A stretch of 33,372 nt of DNA from Octopus bimaculoides (taxonomy: Eukaryota). The notes beneath the pieces are model-generated. The model ran no database searches and was not told the origin of the DNA. It saw only the letters and a list, made by a program, of their open reading frames with translations. The stretch covers positions 116,472,603-116,505,974 of the forward strand of contig NC_068981.1 in NCBI RefSeq assembly GCF_001194135.2, in the 5' to 3' direction. Shown here piece by piece: positions 23,490-33,372 of this stretch. Both the position numbers and the translations under genes were made by a program. How positions within the stretch are numbered: the first letter of the stretch is position 1; each line of letters opens with the position of its first letter.

Positions 23490-24057
23490 GTTGCAGTGAA
23501 CATGGCTCATTGGAAGCCATAGTAGTTTCTGAGGGGGGAGAGAGAGAGAGAGAGGGAGAGAGAGAGATAATGACAGAGAGGGAGACAGAGAGAGGAAGGG
23601 AAAAAGAGGGAGAGAGAAAGAGAGAGGATATATTGACAGTTTCCATTATCATGGAGATATTTGTTGCCGAGATCGGATTTCTTGCTTTTACTCAGAAGGA
23701 AACCCACCAAGTCGTGCTTCAAAATGTCAGGCTATAACCCTGTAAGGAATAAAAGATTAACAATCAGATTCAAGCCTAAATCTAATGCTTCCCAAGCACT
23801 ATTGAGAGCATGTTTCTATCTAATACAACGAGCATTTTCAGATTAATTTAAAAAGTATGAAGTTGATGTGGGGCATCAGTTTCAATGTCTTGGCTTGACT
23901 GCTACCAACAACCTGACTCTAGATGCAGAACACGAAACAAAAGCATAAGCGAAACAGCTACTATTGCCTGAGTAAATACTAAAAAATAACGGGAAAATAT
24001 ACAGAAACCAAAATCAAATACCGAGGAAACTTAATGTGTACAAAGCCGTTGTTCTCG
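23490..24057 (+). mobile_element. RTE-clade LINE RT fragment, interrupted by (GA)n at ~23535-23620
   Basis: HQFQCLGLTATNNLTLDAE and KLNVYKAVVL match the RTE motifs (H)QFxYLGSTIxxNLSLDAEI and KLxVYxAVVL. The upstream and left boundary are less certain. Confidence 0.65.
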
Positions 24058-24089
24058 GTATGTGTATGGCAAAAGAGTGATGGACGACC

Positions 24090-24628
24090 GCGTAAAAGGA
24101 TGCTATGCGTATGGTGGGTCTGGGAAGGGATTATCCATTACGAATTACTTGAACAGAACCAGACGCTCAACGCAGAATTCTATGTCCAACAGATGGAGCG
24201 ACTCAACATGGCTATTCAAGAGAAAAAAACCTAATCGGCAGCATGGAGTTCTTCTGCTGCTCGACAACACCCGCCCTCATATCGCCAATATGACCTAAGA
24301 AACCATTCAAACGCATGGCTGGGAAGTGCTGCCACACTCACCGTACTCTCCTGATTTGGCACCAGCGGATTTCCACATCTTTCGATCTCTATGCGCGGAG
24401 TTTCATTCAGTACCGATGCAGAAATGAGAGCTTGGTTGGATCAATTTTTCGAGTTGAAATCGGGTGATTTCTTCCAATGAGGTATTGAAAATCTTGTTGA
24501 ACGTTGGGAAGACGTTGTAAACAACAAGGGTGATTACATTATTGATTGATTAGTTATTATTTTTAATTAAACCTTTTAAAAAAATTAAATTTAAAAACAT
24601 GGCGGGAACTTAGTTGCCAACCGCAATA
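24090..24628 (+). mobile_element. 5'-truncated mariner (D,D34D) transposase pseudogene with degenerate 3' TIR
   Basis: MLCVWW..EGIIHYELL, LLLDNTRPH, HSPYSPDLAPADFHIF (34 codons between the second and third Asp, one a stop), LVERWEDVVNNKGDYIID-stop; ends ...AACTTAGTTGCCAACCGCAATA. Confidence 0.92.
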
Positions 24629-26342
24629 CACACACACAAACATGTATTCATGTGCAAATNNNNNNNNNNNNNNNNNNNNNNNNNNNNNNNNNNNNNNNNN
24701 NNNNNNNNNNNNNNNNNNNNNNNNNNNNNNNNNNNNNNNNNNNNNNNNNNNNNNNNNNNNNNNNNNNNNNNNNNNNNNNNNNNNNNNNNNNNNNNNNNNN
24801 NNNNNNNNNNNNNNNNNNNNNNNNNNNNNNNNNNNNNNNNNNNNNNNNNNNNNNNNNNNNNNNNNNNNNNNNNNNNNNNNNNNNNNNNNNNNNNNNNNNN
24901 NNNNNNNNNNNNNNNNNNNNNNNNNNNNNNNNNNNNNNNNNNNNNNNNNNNNNNNNNNNNNNNNNNNNNNNNNNNNNNNNNNNNNNNNNNNNNNNNNNNN
25001 NNNNNNNNNNNNNNNNNNNNNNNNNNNNNNNNNNNNNNNNNNNNNNNNNNNNNNNNNNNNNNNNNNNNNNNNNNNNNNNNNNNNNNNNNNNNNNNNNNNN
25101 NNNNNNNNNNNNNNNNNNNNNNNNNNNNNNNNNNNNNNNNNNNNNNNNNNNNNNNNNNNNNNNNNNNNNNNNNNNNNNNNNNNNNNNNNNNNNNNNNNNN
25201 NNNNNNNNNNNNNNNNNNNNNNNNNNNNNNNNNNNNNNNNNNNNNNNNNNNNNNNNNNNNNNNNNNNNNNNNNNNNNNNNNNNNNNNNNNNNNNNNNNNN
25301 NNNNNNNNNNNNNNNNNNNNNNNNNNNNNNNNNNNNNNNNNNNNNNNNNNNNNNNNNNNNNNNNNNNNNNNNNNNNNNNNNNNNNNNNNNNNNNNNNNNN
25401 NNNNNNNNNNNNNNNNNNNNNNNNNNNNNNNNNNNNNNNNNNNNNNNNNNNNNNNNNNNNNNNNNNNNNNNNNNNNNNNNNNNNNNNNNNNNNNNNNNNN
25501 NNNNNNNNNNNNNNNNNNNNNNNNNNNNNNNNNNNNNNATATATATATATATATATATAAATGAAGAAATATATCTGAAAACGTATATGCAAGTATGTGT
25601 GTGTGTGTGTATTTGTCACTAAGCGCAGATGCTATCTATGGTCATTGTGTATGCAAGTTGATTAGTAAGTGTCCATTCTTGAAAGGTAAATAAAAATAAA
25701 CACATACAGATACAGCAATAGAGTCATTCCATTTTATTGTCTTCCTCACTATTGTTTCACAAAAGGCGTGGTTTCCTAAGTCACGCTTACACATCGGAGT
25801 CCTTTCACATGTATTGTGTATCCAGCTATTCAGGAGTAAATGCTTATATGTAAATACAAACGACCTTTGTATCTGTTAGCTTTCATCTATTATGCACAGA
25901 TATGGTTAACAGATGCAATTATGAAATCATGTACATGCACATAAGTTCTCTGCAAGTACGTTTCTATCGCAAAAGCACTCAGACACTATTTGTGTATGGA
26001 AACGTGTATGTATGTATACATATACATATTCATAAGTGTTGTATATGAGTTGTCTGTTTGTAAGCGAAATGTATACTTACGCGTTTTCGTATCTACGTAG
26101 ATTGGAACTATGTAGCATGTGATACTGTTGATAGGTCATTGTGTGTGTTTGAACATACTTCTATAATCGAGAAATTTCCACTACATGCATGTATCAATGT
26201 GTGTTGGCAGAGTTAAAGCACTAAGAGAAATTTGCGACAATTATATCAATAGTATTTTTATTCTGATAATAATCAATTGTACAATGGTTCCCAGAAAGCA
26301 ATAATGTGATTCATAATGCATTTGCAAGCGCGTGGAACTTAC

Positions 26343-26376
26343 CCATCGTATTTCTCCTTTCTTTCATAGACATTTT
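26343..26376 (-). CDS. Candidate 34-nt exon (ENVYERKEKYDG, or KMSMKERRNTM)
   Basis: Acceptor GATTTATACTTCAATCAG| and consensus donor TGG|GTAAGT. Confidence 0.6.
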
Positions 26377-26630
26377 CTGATTGAAGTATAAATCCCAAAT
26401 GCAACCGGTCCATGGCAAAAATCAGTATGATTGAATTAATAATAAATTCGTGAGAGTATTAATACAAGCCCTATGTTTTTCTAAACACATATATTTGCAT
26501 ACATATGTGAGTGTATGTATATATATATGTGTGTGTGTGCGTGCGTATGTATGAGCGTATACTGTTTGTATGTCTTCTCATACATACATACATGTTTACC
26601 GAAACACACGCATAAACACACGCACACGCG

Positions 26631-26680
<50 letters not shown>

Positions 26681-26702
26681 TGTAATGAAATATGGCTGTG
26701 AT

Positions 26703-27062
26703 GGGCGCAGGAATGACTGGTGATTAAAAGCCTGTTTCCCAATGACATGGTTCTACTTTGCAACATCTTCAGCAAGTGTCTTCTACTATAGCCCCGGGCT
26801 GGCCAAAGCCCTGAAACTGAAAGAAGCCCTTTTGTGTGTGTTTGTGTGTGTGTGTGTGTATGCTTGTATTTGTCATGCCCCATCGCTCGCCAAACGGCGA
26901 TGGCCTGGTTACGTTCCCCTAACTGAACCATTTGGCATATAAAGAACAAATGTATAAGTACCAGACTTTAGAAAGAAGTAAGCATTGAAGGTGATTTGTT
27001 CTAAACACTTCAAGGTAGTGACCCAGCATGGCTGCAGTCCAATGACGGAAACCAATAAAAGA
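26703..27062 (+). mobile_element. tRNA-type SINE (CORE-like family), near full length, with internal (GT)n
   Basis: GGGCGCAGGAATGACTG head, degenerate CORE-like CATCTTCAGCAAGTGTCTTCTACTATAGCC, internal GT tract, 3' ...CCAGCATGGCTGCAGTCCAATGACGGAAACCAATAAAAGA. Confidence 0.78.
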
Positions 27063-27831
27063 TTTAAAAAATAGATGTGTGCGCGTGCATGTGTGTACTT
27101 ATGAATGTCAGCATGTTATTGTTATTTTTACTGGAAACATGTTACACTAACCAACCCGTCGCGACCTTGGCCCGTTGACGATTAAATCTGGATTCATACC
27201 AATGCTACTTGGCGTGGAGGATGGGTTTGTGGGATAACCTGCAGGACGAGAATCACAACCAGTCAAAGGTCAGATGAACGCAGTAGCGTTGACGGCTGAC
27301 CAACAGCTGGGAGTGGGAAAGGAGTGGGAAACCTCCTAGTCTTTTTGTATACATCTTCCTATAAGAAGGAAATCTCTGATGTAATACTCGCAATTTCGTT
27401 TGCGTTAAATGATGTAGACTAATTGTTTCGGGGCCAATGTATAAGGTATATTCCTCATTTTATAAAGATTCAGACCAAGGTATTGCTTGATATTTAATAT
27501 CTATTAAGTATTGCACACTTGAGTTGATCATAACCAAAATAGCTAAAACACTCGTGGCTGGTAACGCTCTGAATACTTGCTGCAAAAGGTGCCCAGCGTT
27601 GCCACATCTTTAACCACGCAAAAGTGGAAATCTCTGGCAGGACGGAAAGACCGCATCCACCTTGCTTTTAGGTATTAATCAAACGATAGTATTGCTCGGA
27701 ATCACCTTCATACATTTCCTTAACTTAACAAGTTGCTTGATTATTATACGATACATAAGTCTATTAGTCCCTTAGTAAAAAGATTATGTGTAAGGGGGGT
27801 AAGTAGTTCTGGATTTGGTGCAATTAGGGTA

Positions 27832-30275
27832 GATAGTAAGCTGTATCGAACATGAAATAGTTGTTCAGTAGGATGAATTTGAGTGCTGCGATTAAGAATC
27901 TGTGGTTGAAGCGCCCTGGGATCTCTTGTGGGTATTTTTCTAGCCAGAAGGTGATCGCTTCTATACCATAATCATGTGGGATATTGGTGTACAAATTCAC
28001 CACATCTAATGATACTAACAGGGTTCCTTCATTTATTGCCTTCAGGAGGTGTTTTAGCATATCTAAGTCATCCCTGATGAAGCTTTTCACATATTTTAGA
28101 AACGGTTTGAGTAAGATATCGAGGAAGTTGTTCAACCGGTGGGTTTCACAAGCAGGGCCAGCAAATGATGGCTCTCAGTTTGAGGTCAGTAGGGGGAGGA
28201 ATATTAATGTAGAGGCTTGGAGAAACTTTGCAAGCTTTACAAATATGTGGATTCTTGTGTATTTTGGGTAATCCATAGAATAGACTAGGTCTGTATTTAA
28301 AATTGGATAAATAGTCAATTTCATGTTTAGTTAAACCCTTTCCATGTAATTGAAGTAAGGAAGATAAGTTTTTAAGAGTCTTCTGTGGGTTGTATTGTAC
28401 TATCATCTCATAGTAAATATTATTTTCCAACATGGAGAATATTAACTTTGTGTAGTACTCTGTGTCCATCACCACTACAGCACTTCCTTTGTCGGCTTCT
28501 TTAATGGTGAGGTTTGAATCATTTTTTTATCTCGATTAACTCTTTTCATTCGTTTACATTAAGGTTGGATTTAATTCGTTGTTTTTGTAGGGTATTAAAA
28601 GGAAAACTGGTAATGTGTTCACAAAAATCATCAAATGCTTTATTTCTGCCTTTTGTAGGACAATATTCACTTTTGTTTTTTACTAAGGCTCATCTTCGCT
28701 GGTGTAGTTATGTAGTGCTTCTGCGAGGTGTAATTTTCGGCAGAAATCCATAGTGTTATCCTTAATTTCATTTTGGTTCGATCTGCGAGGGGTTGGAGTA
28801 AATTTTAAACCTCTTGCTAGAATTCTAGTTTGTGTAGCATTTAGGAATTTCTTTGATAAGTTGATTATTTTCGGTTGTTCTTGTACATTTTGTTCCATTT
28901 CACATCTCTGTTTCTCTGATTTACGTCTAAAAAATGGTTGTAGTAGGTGGATTGTTGTGGAAAGTCTGTATTTTGTTTGGTTTGCTGAGGAGAAAATGGG
29001 TGTAAAGTGTGTCAGTGGTAATATGTTGGTGGTGGAATAGCTGTGAAGCGGGCTAGATTATGGTTGTACTGAGGGTTGTTATATTGTCTATGGTTGATGT
29101 GGTTTGAGTTAAATTTATTTTTAATATTGTAATGTGGGTGGAGGGAGAAGTTATGTTGTCTAGTTAGGTTGTGTCTTGTTGAATGATTGAAGTAACCATG
29201 TTGAGGGTTAAGTCTCAGAGGTAAATTCTTCCATTTATTGTGAGATGATGGAGGTGGGTTGGTAGTTATTGGTTCCCAAAAGTTTAGGTTAGTCTGGAGG
29301 TTTCGATGGAACCTTTGATTTGTATGTAGGATGCTATGAGGATTACGTCCAGATTTTCTATTGTGGGCTGAATTCCTGATTGTTTTTTATAAGTTATTTT
29401 GGGATGTAAGATAGGTTGGGACGGTGGAGTTGTTTCCCCTTGACCGTCTGTGGTTTGTGTTAGATAAGCGTGGGTTCATTTCTGTGTAAGTGTTTGGTTT
29501 ATTTTTCTTCAGGAAGGGGTTCTCCGATGCATATTCTATGTTGAACTGTGTTTCGTAGTTAATAAAGAAATTGGCTTGTTTCTCCCAGCGTTGTCGGGAA
29601 CTTGTTTCTTCAGCTTCAGAAGCTGTTTTCCACAGTTTAAAGACACTTTCCAAGCGTTGACCATCTGACCGTTTATTTAGTTCGTTGTAGATTTCCTCAT
29701 CTATGTTTTTAAATTTTTGTTCATTGCTTAGCGCTCTAAGCTTATGGATTTCTATTTCTGTCTTCATTTTTTCCAGTGTTAGTCTCTCCCTTTGTTGTTC
29801 CTGTTCGTTTTGGAATGCATTTAATTTGGAATTTATGGGGCAGAATTATTGGTGTAGAATTTAACCAGCGTTCATAAATTTCTGCCTTATGGTTGTTTTT
29901 GATCATGTTCCAGAAATAAAATTTTCTGGCTTTAAGTTTTTCATTCCATATGTGTATAATGCGGTTTTTAATTGATAGTATAAGCGTGGAGGGGGTTCTA
30001 TCTTGTGTATCATCTGTAGGTGAATTTTCATTTAAGTAATTATTATGAGGTAAAGAGTGAAGAGTGGTGCATAATTCGGACAGATGTTGATTGAGCTGTT
30101 CCAGGGATTGTTCTTTCCCTTCTTTTTCTCTTGCCTCTTGTGTAAATCGAGTAAGTTCATCAATCTTGCTAATTAAAAGTCTCAAATTCGTGTTGATCTC
30201 TTTCAGTTCTTTAAGAGTCTCTTCGTTGAGAGTTTTAACTGTAGAATTTGTTGTTTGTGGCATTTTCAATCTCAC
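27832..30275 (-). pseudogene. PLE polyprotein remnant: coiled-coil/low-complexity N-terminal region plus RT fingers; no RT motif B/C, no GIY-YIG
   Basis: IINLSKKFLN...LARGLKFTPTP, ADKGSAVVVMD, LFYGLPKIHK, LVSLDVVNLYTNIPH, ILLNNYFMFD..YYL, then abrupt replacement by the repeat. Several stops and frameshifts. Confidence 0.9.
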
Positions 30276-30463
30276 GTGTAGTAGAAACTACCCGTGGAAA
30301 TGTAAGGGGAAAGTAAGCAGAAAATTAAGCGAAAATGCACATTGGAAATCAAATAAAGTTAAGGCTTTTTTATGAAAAGTAACGATAGATATATACAATT
30401 AGATGAACTGAGGTAGGAATAAAGGTAATAAAAGTCATTATTGGGAGATGTAAAAGAGATTTA

Positions 30464-30502
30464 AAAGCATACCGGTTTCGTAATATTACTAATCATTGCT
30501 TT
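30464..30502 (-). ncRNA. Degenerate minimal type I hammerhead ribozyme of the PLE
   Basis: Minus strand: AAAGCA-ATGATTA-GTAATATTAC-GAAA-CCGG-TA-TGCTTT. 6-bp helix I, helix II GTA/TAC, palindromic CCGG helix III, GUA cleavage triplet. The core differs from CUGAUGA at two positions. Confidence 0.72.
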
Positions 30503-30649
30503 GAATGCACACCGAATTCTGAATGGTGTCAAGTTTATTAGTTCCTTAGTAAAACAATTATGTGTAAGGGAGGTAAGTAGTTCTGGATTTGGTGCAATTA
30601 GGGTATATATATATATATATATATATACATACTCAAAGATAGATAAATA

Positions 30650-30704
30650 AATGGATAGATAGACAGAGAGACAGACTGACAGATAGACAGACAGACAGAC
30701 AGAC

Positions 30705-30759
<55 letters not shown>

Positions 30760-30760
30760 C
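30650..30760. repeat. (AGAT)n/(AGAC)n microsatellite
   Basis: Compound tetranucleotide run. Confidence 0.95.
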
Positions 30761-33055
30761 AAGTATTCCAATGTGTACGAATACATACATATGAATATTC
30801 CGACATGCATACATGCAATGTAAAGTAATAAATGCAGGAACAGACATGCATATCTATAATATGCCTATATTTCTATGTATCTAACTATCTATGTATGCAA
30901 ATGTGTATGTGTATTCAAAACTGCTAATACTAAAAGAGCCCATTAGAAAGATTAAAGGATGGTTTTTCGCTTAGAAGAGTACATGAAGTAAGTATGGATT
31001 GTTTTACCGTCTCAAACGTTAGTTCTTTTGCAAATAGAAAAAGAGTAAGGAAAGGAAGGGAGAAAGAAAGAGGAAGCTCTGCACTCTGAAGTTCGCAATG
31101 AGGCATGTGGTCACGAAAGTGGGATGAAGGGTTAATCGATGGAATCGCATATACCTTTGGATATATATGGAATCGGGAAGGGTAAAAGTCAACATCTGTG
31201 GCAAATCAAATTAGTACGTAGATAGCTGAAACAAATAATGTATGGCATTTTCCCAATGCTTCACTGACTTTGGTAATCCACCGTCATTTGGAACATTTAC
31301 AATCATAAGATTAACACTTTCGACCAATATTTTGATTTCATTGAATTATATCATTTTTAACAAATAGATTCACTCCTATATGTTAAGCAGTTGGTTGATA
31401 ATGTTAAATTCGCTTGAGTGTTAATCTACTGAACAACGGTTCGCTTATGCAATGTCACTGCCGTCCCTGTTAATTAGATATATAACCAAAGATGTTACAA
31501 CCATAATCTTAAAATCCTATTTTTTAAGTATAACTTATATGGAAGTACATTATCCTGTATGTGTTTCATGAAGATTTGACAGTTATTTCCAATAAGATAA
31601 ATGACAACATGACTCGGGAGGAAGATAGTTATTGATCTGAAAGAGATGAAAGAATACGCTTAACCCAGCATGATTTGAATTTAAAAAATTACACAGGCAG
31701 ACTAGACCGATCTTCCGAATTGGTAATAAATTTTAGATACTGACATCTGGATGCATTCATTTTAGGTCTTTTTCTTTTCTTTTTTGTCTTTGCTTCTAAT
31801 TCGTGTATGTCTCGCTTGTGCTTGTTTGTGTATGTGCGCGTGCAAGTGCGCATGTGTGAATGCGTGTTTGTGTGTGTCTCTGTGCGTGAAATTATGTGTG
31901 AGTATATGTGTGTGTGTGTGTGTCCATAAAGAGAAATGATGGGAAGGAAATGGAAAAATAACAACATCAAGAAGTAAGTTAATTAAACATGCATGTACGG
32001 AAAAGAGAATCACCATAAACAAACATATGTGCCAGTCTGTCTCTTCCTTAATATGTTCTTTGTCTCCAATTTATTTTTAAATGATTTGTAATACACATGC
32101 ATACACACTTGTACACTTATACGCAATGACACATACACACACGCATGTGCACATACCCACACAAACACACACACACACTTATATATTAAATCGTGATGAT
32201 TTCTGACTTATGTTCACTCATACCCACGTGATCCAAATCAAAAACATGCACCTCATATCGACAAAGGAATGTTCAAACACAATTAAGTGTTTGGTTGTAT
32301 ACATACATGCATATACATACATACAAACATATATATATATATATATATATANNNNNNNNNNNNNNNNNNNNNNNNNNNNNNNNNNNNNNNNNNNNNNNNN
32401 NNNNNNNNNNNNNNNNNNNNNNNNNNNNNNNNNNNNNNNNNNNNNNNNNNNNNNNNNNNNNNNNNNNNNNNNNNNNNNNNNNNNNNNNNNNNNNNNNNNN
32501 NNNNNNNNNNNNNNNNNNNNNNNNNNNNNNNNNNNNNNNNNNNNNNNNNNNNNNNNNNNNNNNNNNNNNNNNNNNNNNNNNNNNNNNNNNNNNNNNNNNN
32601 NNNNNNNNNNNNNNNNNNNNNNCTCTTCCGATCTTATGTGTGTGTATACTTATTTATATATATGTATGCATATATTTGTATATACATAATGCATATACAT
32701 TTTTATATATGCATGCGTACACACACATACACATATATGCTTATGCTTATATAGAAATGTGTGTGTGTATGCCTGCGTGATCGTAAGGGTGTGTATGTAT
32801 GTATATTGTGTGTTTGTACAATACATCTGTATGGCGTTTTGCAGGGTGACTATATTTTGTTTTTAAAATTATACGCCTTTTTTTTCTGTCTTTCCCTTAC
32901 TCTGTATTTCCTAGTATCTTTGGAGGCGTTTTCTTATGATTGCCAAATGTTGTCCTCTCATACCAGGAACATGTACGTGCACATGCGCATCTAATCTGCT
33001 TGTTTGCATGCAGACGCGAATCTCTGCAGAGATAAACAAACCTTGTAATGCTTAC

Positions 33056-33098
33056 CACCCTGACGCGTTCCTTCTTCACAGGTTCCATCTCTCTAGCT
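33056..33098 (-). CDS. Candidate 43-nt exon (MEPVKKERVRV from ATG 33088, or S*RDGTCEEGTRQG)
   Basis: Acceptor CTATTTATTTAATATCTCACCACAG| and donor GTG|GTAAGC; ATG in strong context GAGATGG. Confidence 0.62.
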
Positions 33099-33372
33099 CT
33101 GTGGTGAGATATTAAATAAATAGACAGTTACTCACATAACCACACAAAAAACACCCACACACGAGCAAAATGAAACATACATTCCAAAATCCACACTCGC
33201 ACATATATGTATGTATGTGTGTGTTTGTGTACATGCCTACATATATATACATATGTATGCATATATATGTATATACATACAGATAAATAAATATATATAC
33301 ATATTATATTATGTAACATACTATAATATAATACAATATATATATATAATATTTATATATATATATATATAT

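Larger units (their letters stand above)
27757..30605 (-). mobile_element. Penelope-like retroelement, 3'-truncated within RT and bounded by 75-bp direct repeats
   Basis: PLE hallmark motifs (see ORF remnant), a hammerhead-like motif upstream of the ORF, and repeats at 27757-27831 and 30531-30605 (70/75 identical). Confidence 0.88.

Noticed and set aside
27405-27460. Second hammerhead-like remnant on the minus strand (CGAAAC-AATTA-GTC-TACATCATTT)
   Set aside because: The CUGANGA core and helix II cannot be placed in register; only the 3' half fits.
27984-30375. Plus-strand ORFs of 79-95 aa overlapping the PLE
   Set aside because: Antisense shadows of the PLE reading frame with no recognisable motifs.
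31560-31657. Strong minus-strand acceptor TATTCTTTCATCTCTTTTCAG at 31657-31637
   Set aside because: No convincing donor follows, and the phase-0 frame stops after 17 codons.
33056-33088. Kinesin-like start (KERVRV)
   Set aside because: No following VRxRP exon or any motor-domain motif in the window.
2277-33319. Dozens of ORFs rich in YI, CV, TH, LS, poly-E/L/S or X
   Set aside because: They are translations of microsatellites and N-gaps, not genes.

Overview
Eukaryotic, AT-rich, microsatellite-saturated genomic DNA with seven N-gaps. The SINE families and repeat density point to an octopus (coleoid cephalopod) draft assembly; this is an inference. Nearly all long six-frame ORFs are microsatellite or gap artefacts. 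Supportable content: (i) decayed mobile elements: a Penelope-like retroelement (PLE) with a long N-terminal region and a degenerate hammerhead ribozyme, a hAT transposon with TIRs and a perfect 8-bp TSD nested in an L2/CR1-group LINE, RTE and mariner fragments, two non-autonomous Helitron-like elements and at least seven tRNA-type SINEs, three of them in a head-to-tail array; (ii) two candidate micro-exon genes read from splice signals and absent from the ORF track. The minus-strand chain (33098-33056, 26376-26343, 20047-20012, 19850-~19690) has two open frames, one Cys-rich and blocked by a single TAG. The plus-strand chain (4055-4115, 6603-6613, 7415-7453, 8522-8566) reads like signal peptide + acidic propeptide. 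Both gene models are unverified hypotheses. No rRNA, tRNA gene or CRISPR array was seen.
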